Origin: Mobula hypostoma
Lineage: Eukaryota
Direction of reading: 5' to 3'
DNA length: 64,000 nt
NCBI RefSeq assembly: GCF_963921235.1
Contig: NC_086109.1
Location: forward strand, 10,480,001 to 10,544,000
Positions 23,971 through 35,569 of the stretch are shown here, in pieces (within the stretch, counting starts at the first letter, position 1; the number at the start of each line of letters is the position of its first letter). A program made the translations under genes and the position numbers. Under the pieces are notes generated by a model that ran no database searches, was not told the origin of the DNA, and saw nothing but the letters and a program-made list of their open reading frames with translations.

Positions 23971-25081
23971 TCCATGGATTTTTTTGTTCCAGAGCGCAAT
24001 TAACTTGACTTTTAATTTATAGCCCTCCATCTGTCTCAGTTTTACCTGTGAGTGAGTTGTGTATTCACTGTGCAGGCATTGTTAACAGTTCAACTTAATC
24101 TAAATTCTCTGACACTGTTAAATCTAGTTTTTCCTTGATGCATGATCTATGGTAACCACTGTTTAGACTTTTCCTTCCAATTTCCTGTGATGCAAATTAT
24201 GATTGCTTCAGCATGGTCTGCAAATGGCTTAAGTACAATTTCAGCAAGAGTCACTTTAAACTTGCACCTGGGCAGTGTTTCTCTTTGCAGGGTGTATTTA
24301 GCAGAGTCATCTCCATTTTGAATCCTGTCCTGTAAAAGTCATGATTTGTAGGAGGTTGGAGGAGTGAATAGGTTCATGCTGAGTCTGCATTCCAGAGACT
24401 TTTCTGAATCCTTTGTGAACTAAATAAATTTAGAAGCCAAGTAATGGGAGTTACTACTGCAATTAATAAACTTCCTGGAACTGACTGTGAAGAATTTTTG
24501 TCAATTAAAGCAGATGAAATTTGTATTTGCAGCTTTCTTTTGGTATTGGATTGTTTGGGAGGAGAATGAGTAGGGTTCACAGTCATAAAATCAAATGCTC
24601 TTTAGTTTTCAGTTGACGGGGCCAAATACAGTGGACATGGGTTTATTTTGAGGTACCAACAGGCTATTAATGTTACTTCAATAGTTTGGCAGTAACATTT
24701 TAATTTTGGCAGGATATCTTTTGCCATGTAGTGTAATATGGCAAATAGAACTGTTGACAGAAGGAGTTTTATTTTAACTTGCAGTAGTTTCCATTTTGTT
24801 TACTCTGCGTCTTCTATTCCTCAATACCAATCCTCCTTTCTCTCACCCACCCCCACTAACCAGGAACAGCGCTTTACCTGTCCCTCTGCAAATATTATTC
24901 TTGCCAGGAAAAGCTGAGAAGTATTATAGGCTAAAGCTCATGCTTGTAGCAACCTGTCTTTTAAAAACTCCTGATGTGTAAGTTGTACAATGTTTCAAAA
25001 GTTACAATCTTTAAATTTCTCTATGATTAAAGCTATTTTAGTAGAAGTGGATTTGTAGTAACTAATTTATCTGTTTCTCAG

Positions 25082-25125
25082 GAATAGGAAGGTCATTGAC
25101 TACTCCCAGTTTGAAGACTCTGATG
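25082..25125 (+). CDS. NUCKS1: NUCKS1 exon 2 (44 bp): RNRKVIDYSQFEDSD
   Basis: tttctcag acceptor, gtatgt donor; hallmark RKV.DYSQF motif. Confidence 0.93.
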
Positions 25126-25595
25126 GTATGTACTGTGCATGAAATCCAGGTAATTTTAAGTAGCTTGCCTTGCGTACTTCACTGATTTCTTAAATATGCT
25201 AACTCATATTGTCATCAGCTCAACTGGAAGTTGCACTCGTAACGTCACATTTAACATCACAAACATCCCATGATGTTAGAGTGATTATCAAATGAAATTT
25301 GATGCTGAGCAACATCAAGTCATTATGCCAAAAGTTTGATCAAGTACAAGGCATTGGTGTAAAGCTAATGAGTTACATTCTGCCTACAGTGTCCAATTTT
25401 AGGCTCTGTTTCCTTTCATATAGATCAAATTCAAGGTAAATTTATTATCAGAGTAGATACGTTATTGTATACAACACTGAGTTTTGTTTTCTGGTGGACA
25501 TGCACAGTAAATCCAAGAAACATAATGGAATCAGTGAAAGACTACCCACAGGACAGACAGACAACCAATGTGCAAAATACAAGAAACTGTGCAAA

Positions 25596-25920
25596 TACAA
25601 GGGGTGATTGATAAGTTTGTGGCCTAAGGTAGAAGGAGTCAATTTTAGAAAACCTAGCACATTTATTTTTCAACATAGTCCCCCTCCTACATTTACATAC
25701 TTAGTCCAGCGGTCGTGGAGCATACGGATCCCTTCTTTGTAGAAGTCGGTTTCTTGGACCTCCAGAAAGTGGCCCACAGCAAGGGTGATTGATAAGTTCG
25801 TGGCCTAAAGTAAAAGGACCTGAGTTATTAACTTCAGACTTTCTGTATAATCACTCAGAGTTGAACTGCACTTGCATGTAACGAGAGCTATATAACTCAT
25901 CTCCTTCTACCTGAGGCCGA
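25596..25920. mobile_element. mariner-type MITE with an internal extra TIR copy
   Basis: TA-caaggggtgattgataagtttgtggcctaaggtagaaggag, repeated at ~25780; partial inverted copy ctccttctacctgaggcc at 25901-25918. Confidence 0.65.
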
Positions 25921-25934
25921 AATATTGAAATTGA

Positions 25935-26352
25935 GCTTGCATGCACCACTTACGCAGGCAGCTTGCTCCACACTCTCACAACCCTCTGAGTGAAGAAGTT
26001 TCCCCCATGCTCCCCTTAAACATTTCACCTTTTACCCTTAACCTTTGACCTCTGGTTGCCTCACCCAACCTTAGTGGAAAAAGCATGCTTGTATTTACCC
26101 TATCTATACCACGTGTAATTTTGTATATCTCTATTAAATCTCCTCTCATCCTCTACATTCAAGGAACAAAGCCCTAACTTATTCAGTCTTTCCTTATAAC
26201 ACAGCTCCTCCAGACATGGCATCACTCCCGTAAATTTTCTCTGTGCTCTTTCAACCATGTTTGCATCTTTCATTTATATCTTTCCTATAGGGAGGTGACC
26301 AAAACTACACACGCTACTCCATATTAAGCCTCACTATTGTCTTATACAACTT
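25935..26352 (-). mobile_element. CR1 3' fragment
   Basis: Reverse complement reads LYKTIVRLNMEXRVXFWSP..RK and continues to ttcttcactcagagggttgtg. Confidence 0.7.
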
Positions 26353-26529
26353 CAGAATTTGCAGAAAAAAATATACAGGTTGACAGCGTCAAGATTTTGT
26401 GGGTGGGATTTGATAATATGCCATAAATCAAGCAAGCGGAAATTCTTAATGTTCATCCCTTCTGATGAGTTGTTTTTGGAAGAAGTTTTAAGATGATGAC
26501 ATTCCATTTGTTCAGAATAGGACAGAGCA

Positions 26530-26612
26530 TGTGCTGCCTGGCCTGCTGCGTTCACCAGCAACTTTTATGTGTGTTGCTTGAATTTCCAACATCTGCAGAA
26601 TTCCTGTTGTTT
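26530..26612 (+). mobile_element. Penelope terminal-repeat fragment (hammerhead part absent)
   Basis: gctgcctggcctgctgcgttcaccagcaac...catctgcagaattcctgttgttt, near-identical to the 19752 element. Confidence 0.75.
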
Positions 26613-26829
26613 GACATTTAAGATGCTTTCTTAAAAACATTTGAGTTTCTGCTGAGTTCTGGATGATGCCAGCTGAAGGTGACCGCTAGTAGATTATACA
26701 GTGAAACGGGTATCACGAGGAACAAACAACTGCAAGTTAAATAAGAGGTCCATTGCTACCTTGTTTCAAAGCAGTATGAATAAAATCTAGGCTGTTAATA
26801 AATTCTAGGTTTTTTTTATTTTTATACTG

Positions 26830-27147
26830 TTATCATCATTGTGTCGTCTTGCATGACATGGGTGATCATGGTCTCAAATTTTTGGGCAACGTCTTTACAA
26901 TACAGGGGTCTTCAGCTATTATCAATACTCTTCAGAGATTGGCTACCTGGCGTCAGTGGTTGCATGACCAGGACATATGATATACGTTAGTTGCTCATAT
27001 GACTGTCTACCACCACCTCCCATGGTTTCATGTGACCCTGATCATGGGGCTAACCAGGTGCAATACCTCGCCCAAGGGTGATTTGCAGGCTAGTGGAAGG
27101 AAGGAATGTCTTCCTGTAGTAGAGATGTATCTTCACGCCGCCACCCA
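26830..27147 (-). mobile_element. Retroposon of the same family as 2718-3009
   Basis: (CAT)n tail; tattatcaatactcttcagagatt and cccatggtttcatgtgacc match the reverse complement of the 2.7-3.0 kb copy. Confidence 0.65.
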
Positions 27148-27839
27148 TTTCTTACTGTACATGGTTTTTTAAAACTTAGTTTTGTTGCAGTCTATCTCAT
27201 GTTAATGACTTTAAAGTTTGCCAGTCCGGACTTCTCTAAAAGTAGTTTGCTGTTTAAGGAATGTTGAAAGCGAATGATAAGCAGAAAGGTTTGGGGAAGG
27301 GGCTACACAGGTATTGATAGTTGAACAGTTAGCCACTTGCTGGAGGAACTTAAAACAGGTGCTTAAATGCTGAGGAGTTGTGCAATCATATATCTGGGGG
27401 ATTTGATGATGAAGGTGTTTGTGTATTGTTGACAATGGTATTAGTATTCACATTGTTGTATTGCAAAGAAATGCAAACTCACTTGTGAGTGAATGTAGGA
27501 TGGGTAACATAAAAAGTATCCAGGTAGAGCTAGGAGGAGCTGTTACAATGTGGGCGAAGCTCGCATAAGGCTGAGGGCCATGTTCAAGGAGAGTGAGAGT
27601 GGTAGTTTGCAGAGACACAAGTCATTTTAATGGAAGTGTCCACGGCAGTAGATTTGAAAATGGGCAATCCTTGATTGGTTACAATGTCTGCTGAGATGGG
27701 AGCTGAAACAGAAAAACTTGGATCAGTTGGGGTTTTGTGGACCAGATGGGACTCAGTGAGAGAGGACAGGGCGTCATGACTACACATGATTCTATCACCC
27801 TTTGCCCACAGCCTTTTTCTCTGCCTCTCCAAGCCCAAA

Positions 27840-28150
27840 TAGATTAGATTAGCTTTATTTGTCAAATGTACATCAAAATGTGCGTTGGAGAATGTCATTT
27901 GTGTTAACAAATCAGCTGATTGTGCTGAGCAACCCACAAGTGTCGCTGTGTTACCAGCACCAACATGGCATCCCCACAACTCACTAACCTTAAACTGTAT
28001 GTCTTTGGAATGTAGGAGGAATCCAGATTACCCGGAGAAAACCCACGAGGGTGCGCGGGGAGAACATACAAGCGCCTTGTGGACAGTGGCAGGAATTGAA
28101 TCTCAATCTTACAGTTGGCACTGTAAAGCATTGTGCTAACCACCATGCTG
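27840..28150 (-). mobile_element. V-SINE (HE1-like)
   Basis: gtctttggaatgtaggagg...acccggagaaaacccacg...ggaattgaa. Confidence 0.7.
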
Positions 28151-28411
28151 TTAAGCTGTAATTCAGGGTGCTTCTTTGCAACAAACAACAAAATATTGGG
28201 GATTGTCCTTCATTACTTCAGCTTATGTACAAGGGCCTGGATGGAAATTTGATAGATTTTATTTAAAGGACCCCTATCAAGATTGCCCAGAGAAGTTTAA
28301 AGGACAAAATTGTGTACATGCATCTAATATTTTTGAGTTCAATTTAAAGCCTAGTAGATCTGATAACCAAGTAGTTTTTGTGGGTTTAAAAAAAACACAA
28401 ACAAAACTAAG

Positions 28412-28595
28412 TAACACACAAAATGCTGGAGGAACTCGACAGGCCAGGCAGCATCTATAGAAAGGAGTACAGTCCGCATTTCAGGGCGAGACTATATTCT
28501 TTTCCATAGATGCTGCCTGGCCTGCTGAGTTCCTTCAGCACTTTGTGTGTGTGTGTTGCTTGGATTTTCAGCATCTGCAGGTTTTGTTTTGTTTG
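28412..28595. mobile_element. Fold-back Penelope-derived miniature element
   Basis: acacacaaaatgctggaggaactc...catctatagaaaggagtacagtc followed by its reverse complement; hammerhead truncated at the centre. Confidence 0.8.
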
Positions 28596-30567
28596 GAAAC
28601 AAATATACAATATTTTTAAAAGTTAAGTTTATCTTGTTCTTATTTCTTGAACAATTAATGAAATCATTAATAAGCCTGGGAGTTCAGGTTAAATCTCTAT
28701 GTACATGATCATAGGCTTACTTTCCTGTATCCTGGATAGCTGGAATTACCTGTTATAATAAGGCAACATCTAATTTTCACACATCTGGGTCCCAAATGCA
28801 ACACATTGACTTTGGATAGTTGTCGTCCACCTTCCTGTTAAAGTGGTCTAGTTTTGTGCCAATCCCTTGGCAACAATTCGTAATAGAAACTTGCTTTGAT
28901 TGTTGGGTCTTTTCGATCTTAAATCCCACGGAAATGTTTTGATGATCAATTAAACCAAACCCCAGGCTGAATGGATATCTTGAATGCTTGACTGTGTCAG
29001 GATTTTTAGTGCAATTTTTAAAATATCAAAATGTAACAATATAAAATACAGGTATAGTAAGTAATTTAAAAGAAAGTAAATTGTTTTTAAAATTGCATCT
29101 TTCTCTTGCACTGTTCTCCATTGAATTAAAATCCAAACCTAAGCTGCTGTAAACAGAATCCTATCTGTTGTTCACGCACCACCTGCCTCAGCGCGCATTG
29201 GATTTGGCAGCAGCAATCAACCACATAAAAGTTTGAGACTTCAGCTTTCACGATGAACAACTGTTTAATCATTGTCAAGCCGTATCTGTTCTGCTCATCT
29301 CTGAATAGTGCAATGGGTTTTGCAATTATACATCCAGCAGGTAGCTGTAACAATTCATTTGAAAAAGACCACGTGAAAGTTTACCAGTCTTGAACTATGC
29401 AATGGAGTTATCAGATCAGATCGTATGGACTTCTAACTCTCCATTGCCCTGTCCACAAGGAGAGTACCACCATGATCATCACTGACGTGATCTTGGATAT
29501 CAGTGTTGTTTGTGCTTTGAATTCAGAGACTCAGATTAATTTTAGACAGTCTGCTTAGCTAAAAGTGAGCACGATTGCTCCATTTCATTGCTCTTGTAGT
29601 CCTGAGATTCTTTGGGATTTCTAGCACGGTAGATAAAAGAAAAGATTGAAATGACCAGTTGTTTAATGGATAACACAAGTGAAGTAGCGTCTGTATTAGA
29701 TAAGTGACTCTCATCACTAGTTTGATAGTTTCCTAGCTGGGTTATTTATGTAAAATGAATTGTGGTTCTCATCTATAGTTCTTGTCATTGTCCTTTTAAA
29801 AGTCATATCAGGCATTTTGACCAATTTTATTCCTATTTAACATGATTGATGTGCATGCATCTAAATCAGTGTCAGTAATCTTATTTGAAGATTCTCACTG
29901 ATGTACACAATTTAACCAAAGTGTAAGTTAGAATATTTAATATGAAATCATGACAGAAAGCAATTAGAAAACAGAAATGAGATTTTAGAAAAAGAGATTC
30001 ACTTGATGTGGAGGAATGGTTCCAGAAGAGCAGTTCCTCTGTTTTTTTCAATAAAAAGTACCTTGGGATAGATTTATCAATTTCCAAAACAGGTAGTTAA
30101 TGTTTCATCCAAGAAAAGGACACTTCTAACAATGTAGACATGCTTATATCAAGGAAAAGAGTAAAGTACAGAATTTTTAAATGTAATGGGATTCCACTCT
30201 TGTGAGGGTGTATCTTCAGTCATTATGTTCTTGTTTGTGTTAAAAATCACTTGTTTTCCAATACACTGGCCAAGATATATTTTTGTTTTGCAATAAAGTG
30301 GGTAAGTACAAGAACCTCATGCCCCTCATTATTTTGATGTCCAATCTAAAAGCATTGATGTGAGGTACTTCGAAGAGGGAGCTACTGGTTTGGATCTTTT
30401 TACTATGTGTGAACAAAAGTTATGTTATATTTATGCCAATTTAACAAATAAATGTCAATAGAATGTGAGTTACTTTCCCAAGCAGTAAGGCTGATCAACA
30501 CCTCCACCCTTACTGACTCCTTCACACCACTCCCATCACTATTTTATCAGTTCCTGTAAGTCATCTT

Positions 30568-32345
30568 ATAAGACCATAAGACATGGGAGCAGAATCGGGC
30601 CATTTGGCCCATCGAGTTTGCACCATTCAATCATTGGCCGATCCTTTTTCCCCCTTCCTCAGCCATACTCCCTGGCCTTCTCCCCTTAACCTTTGATGCC
30701 GTGTCCAATCAGGAACCTATCAATCTCTGCCTTAAATACACCCAATGACCTAGCCTCCACAGCTGCCTGTGGTAACAAATTCCACAAATTCCCCACCCTT
30801 TGGCTGAAGAAATTTATCCATATCTCTTGTTTTAAATGGACACTCCTTTATCCTGAAGACATGCCATCTTGTCCTAAACTTCCCCACCATGGGAAACATC
30901 CTTTCCACATCTACTCTGTCTAGACCTTTTAACATAGGGAAGTTTCAATGAGATTCCCTCCCACCCGCCCCCCATCCTTCAAACTTCTAGTGAGTATAGA
31001 CACAGAGCTATCAAATGTTCCTCGTATGATAACCCGTTCATTTACTGAATCATCCTTTTGAACCTCCTCTGAACCCTGTCTAATGCCAGCATATCTTTTC
31101 TTAGATGAGGAGCCCAAAACTGTTCAGAGTACTCAAGGTGAGGCCTCATCAGTGCCTTATAAAGCCTCAGTATCACGCCCCTGCTCTTGTATTCAAGACC
31201 TCTTGAAATGAATGCTAACATTGCATTTGCCTTCTTCCCCACTGACTCAACCTGCAAGTTAACCTTTAGTGTGTTCTGCACAAGGATTTCCAAGTTCCTT
31301 TGTATCTGATATTTTTGAATTTTCTCCCCATTTAGAAAATAGTCTACACATTTATTTCTAAATTGCATGGCCATGCATTTGCCAGAGTCTTGCCCATTCT
31401 CCTAATCTGTCTTAAGTCCTTCTGCAGCCTACGTATTTCCTTAACACTAAGTGCCCCTCTAGCAATCTTTGTCTCATCTGAAAACTTGGCAACAAAACCC
31501 CATCTATTCCATCATCTAACTCATTGATAAACAGCATAAAAAGAAGTGGTCCCATCGCTGGCACCTGCGGAATACCACTAGTCACTGGCGGCCTTTTATT
31601 CCCACTCGCTGCTTCTTACCAATCAGCCAACGTCTTACCGTGCCAGTGACTTTCCAATAATACCATGGACTCTTAACTTGGTAAGCAGCCTCATGTGTAG
31701 CACCTTGTCAAAGGCCTTCTGAAAGTCTAAATGTACAACATCCACTGTATCCCCTTTATCTATCCTACTTGTAATCTCCTCAAGGAATTCCAACAGGTGC
31801 GTCAGGCAGGATTTTCACTTAAGGACACCATGCTGACTTTGTCCTATCTTGTGCTGTGCCACTAAGTACTCCATAACCTCATCCTTAACAATTTACTCCA
31901 ACATCTTCCCAACCACTGAGGTCAGGCTAACTGGGCTATAATTTCCTTTCTGCTGCCTTCCTTCTTTCTTAGAGTGGAGTGACATTTGCAATTTTCCAGT
32001 CCTCTGATACCATGCCAGAGTCCAATGATTTTTGAAAGATTGTTACTAATGCCTCCACAATCTCTACCACTGCCTCTTTCAGAACCCTTGAGTGCAGTTC
32101 ATCTGGCCCACCTGACTTGTGTACCCTTAGGTCTTTCAGCTTATTGAGCACCTCCTCCCTGGTAATAGGGTTCTTTTACTTTAAGCTCCCTAATCGCCTC
32201 CGGTTCATTACGTAACACCCAGTCCAGTATAGCTGATCCCCTAGTAGACTCAACAACAAACTACTCTTAAAAAGCCATCTCGTAGGCATTCAATAAACTC
32301 TCTTTTGAGATCCATCACCAACGTGTTTTTGATATACAGACACTC
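30568..32345 (-). mobile_element. CR1 LINE, 5'-truncated and decayed (RT and 3'UTR)
   Basis: KSGGPDELHSRVLKE...EDWKIANVTPL, LYKALMRPHLEYSEQFWAP, MLKGLDRVDVERMFP; tail ataagaccataagac. Confidence 0.9.
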
Positions 32346-33922
32346 CTGTGTCTAGTCTCACATTATTGACGTACAATCAGCCATCTGGTGCTTGTTTTTT
32401 TTTTTTGCGGGCCCAGGGTAACAAATATTTCATTCCCCTTTACTCTTGTGTACTGGAAATTATGTTAAACAATTTTGAAATATGTCACCACAAAAATCAT
32501 CAAGACCTGTATTTTATTCCTTTGATTACACAAGTCAGATGGTTCTTGGGTTTGGCTCCTGATTTATATCAAGCTAAGTAATCTCAACAGCATTGCACTG
32601 TTGCACAATCCTTGACCTCAAAACTGGGCAAGGAGATAAAATATGCCTGAGATCCTTTGATTGTGCTTCAATGCAGCCACTTCATTGAAAGTGCATAGAA
32701 ATAAGTTTTATTTGTGTTTGTGACATGCTATTCTAGTTTGGCTCTTTGCCTGTGTTTAATTATCCTGATTGGCATATTGTGTGTTTACTTATTAAGATTG
32801 CAAGGGGCTTTGCTGCCTTGTGAACCCCGATTCCAATTAAATTCAATGTCCTCAGAGTAGCAGGTGTGGGTCATTGGGGTATAATCACTGGTTCAGACTT
32901 CCAAACAAAAGTGGACAGCAGTTTCTAGTATTGTAACAGTGATCACTTCATTGACATTAGGTATCTTGGGTCTCTGCAGTTATGGAAGACAGTTCATAGC
33001 TACAAGTCTATTTTGTTTTCGCAGTCATAAAACAAATGTCGAAGGCATCTTTGGGTTTTACTAATTTGTCGCTCAACTTAACCAATATTGTTTGCAGTCT
33101 TATTTTGCCTTCACATGTTCCTGTTGCTCCATTTACATTGGTTTGGCAAATGATTGCAACTCTTCAGAGTGAGCACTCATTTCATTCTACAATTCATATA
33201 GGCGCATGACTTTGAAACAGGCCCTTTGACTTACTGAGCTTGGCTCACTGGAGATGTGGCAGCAGCCTACTGTGTGAAATTAGATTATCATCATTTCAAG
33301 ACTTTTTTCAGTTTACTTTACTTCTGTGTTTCTGGAATTGGATGCAAGTTGTGTAAGACCAAGTGACTACATTCATTATGGTAATAGTTTCTATCTCCAT
33401 GTATCATTGGACACTTTTATTAAATGTACCAAATATCTGGTACTGCAGGCAATTATGACAAAGTAACCCAAAGATGCAACATTAAAAGGATGTGCTGGCA
33501 ATTCGTTGTTGCAGTCTGGATAAATTTCCATTCTACAGGTTTTTTTTCTACATCCACATTATCTTTTCCATGTTTTCTTCCTTCTGTGGCATACTTATAC
33601 TTTACTAGGAACTAATGGAACTAAAGCACATTTGCTTTTTGGATGATGTCGCTGTTCCCCCTCAGAATGGCCATGTATCACAATCATAGAATTATACAGC
33701 GTCTCAGCCAACACGTGCTAACCAGGGAGCCTGCCTGAGCTGGTCCCATTCAGCTCATTTCTCTTTCAAACTTTCCAATCCATTTATCTTCCAATCTAAA
33801 AAATGTCATGTAAGTGTTGTGATTGTACCCACCTCAACTACACTCTTTGGCATCACCCTCTTTGTACTGATTTTTGGGATATTGGAAAAATTTGGAGTAT
33901 TAAACAGGATTTCTGCTTGCAG

Positions 33923-34028
33923 ATGAAGCCTATGGAAGAGATTCACCCCCTCCGGCTAAGAGAGCACGAGCGTCCCCCAGGGAAGGAAAAAACAAAAGAA
34001 AGTCTGCAAAAAATGCACGGGATGAAAG
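33923..34028 (+). CDS. NUCKS1: NUCKS1 exon 3 (106 bp): [35 protein letters not shown](S)
   Basis: ttgcag acceptor, gtagct donor; YGRDS.PP.K..R.SPRE.KNKR motif. Confidence 0.95.
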
Positions 34029-34527
34029 GTAGCTTTTATCAGATTCTCTTCATTTTCTATGTTCTTGTTTTAAAAGTCTGTCTTTTAAGTGAATACATTT
34101 CTGAAGCTTTGCTTTACGTGGGTTGGTTTGGGTGTTTAAAAGTACTTTTAATTTCGAACTTCAACTCATTTTCATTCAGAAAAGCAGCAGTGCTGATAAA
34201 CAAGCTGTTGTTTCTTTGAGGCACGAGTTTGCATTCAAAATGACAGGAATGGTATCTTGGATGGGTTGATCACTGTGAGCTCTTGCCTTCAGTTGCAACA
34301 AAAGAGACCACCCAAGTTGCATAGGTGGATTTAATGAGCAAGCAGCAATTGGACATTGACAATTTAAAACCTCATTCTGCATTGATTTGTTACTAGAGCT
34401 GAAGACTTGCTTCTTTGATATAGTGTACCATTGTCAAAGTTGGAAAAGTTGTGGCTATTTATATTTTTGTGGAGTGTAACTACGCGAGAAGTTTTTGTAT
34501 TGGCACATGTTCTTATTTATTTGGCAG

Positions 34528-34610
34528 CGAGGAATCAGACGACAAGCTTTATGAGAAGGACCTGAAGGCTGCCATTGCATTGTCCAAGAAGGAGACATCC
34601 CATTCACCTG
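34528..34610 (+). CDS. NUCKS1: NUCKS1 exon 4 (83 bp): (S)EESDDKLYEKDLKAAIALSKKETSHSP
   Basis: tttggcag acceptor, CTG|gtgggt donor; phase 2-1 joins exon 3 to exon 5 in frame. Confidence 0.85.
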
Positions 34611-35569
34611 GTGGGTTTACATTAAACTGTATGGTACAGGTTAAAGGTCAGACCGAAGGAAACAACCTAATGTAAGTGTAGTTGTCTGTCTCATAGCTCT
34701 GCATTTCTGGGCTTTGGTTATTCCTGGAGGCAAATATTCCTCCTTGTTGCTATGATTAATATGACCACCTGGTGATGGGACCCTTGGAGGGAGAATAAAT
34801 CTTTTAATACACTAATGTCTTGCCAACCAATTGAACTTAGGCAATGTATCATACTTGGCTAATCCTTTTAAGTTAAATAATTGAGGTAAAAAGAGCAGTA
34901 GCGAAAAAATATGAGGCTTTTATATGTGGCACCCGTAACTGAGCACTTTCCTGATTTGCCAGAATTCTGGACCAGCAGGAGTTGTTAGTAGAGGTTTAGC
35001 AGAGTAGAGTAAACTTTCAAAGAAGGAACGAGCTCACACAAGCTGACTCCTTGTAGCTTGAGAGATCTGAACTTTCATGGCTTGCCGTGCTTGAATTTCA
35101 AGTACATCTGAGACTTGTAGCTACTTGCTGCAGTGTTAATATCTTCAGTGTAACTAGTTCCTTAGTAACAGATTATGGTAGTGCTTTTTTAAAATTTCCA
35201 TTATGCGATGTGTGAGCTGCTGATTAGGAGCTTTGGCAAGTAACTGCAGTGCATGCTGTAGATTGTATGTGCCATGGTAAATCTGCTGGTGGCGGGTAGG
35301 GTGCCAGGCTGATTGTTCTGGTATTCTGAAGTGCACTTCTATAGACAAGTGGAAAATATTCAGTCACATTCCAAATGTGTGCCTTTGCAAATTGTGGAAA
35401 GGCTTTGGGGTGATGGAAGGTGAGTCACTCACCACAGGATACCTGATCTTTGTGACCTCCTGTAGTAACCAGAAAGGACTGTGATAGGTCCAGTTGGATT
35501 CCTAGTCAAAAGGATAATTCCCAGAATGGCGCTCGATAATAATAATAAAGCCATTGAATATTATAAGCA

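Noticed and set aside
22606..24003. Long Pro/His/Leu-rich ORFs (104-217 aa) after the NUCKS1 ATG
   Set aside because: By-products of the C-rich low-complexity tract; the real frame splices out at 22622
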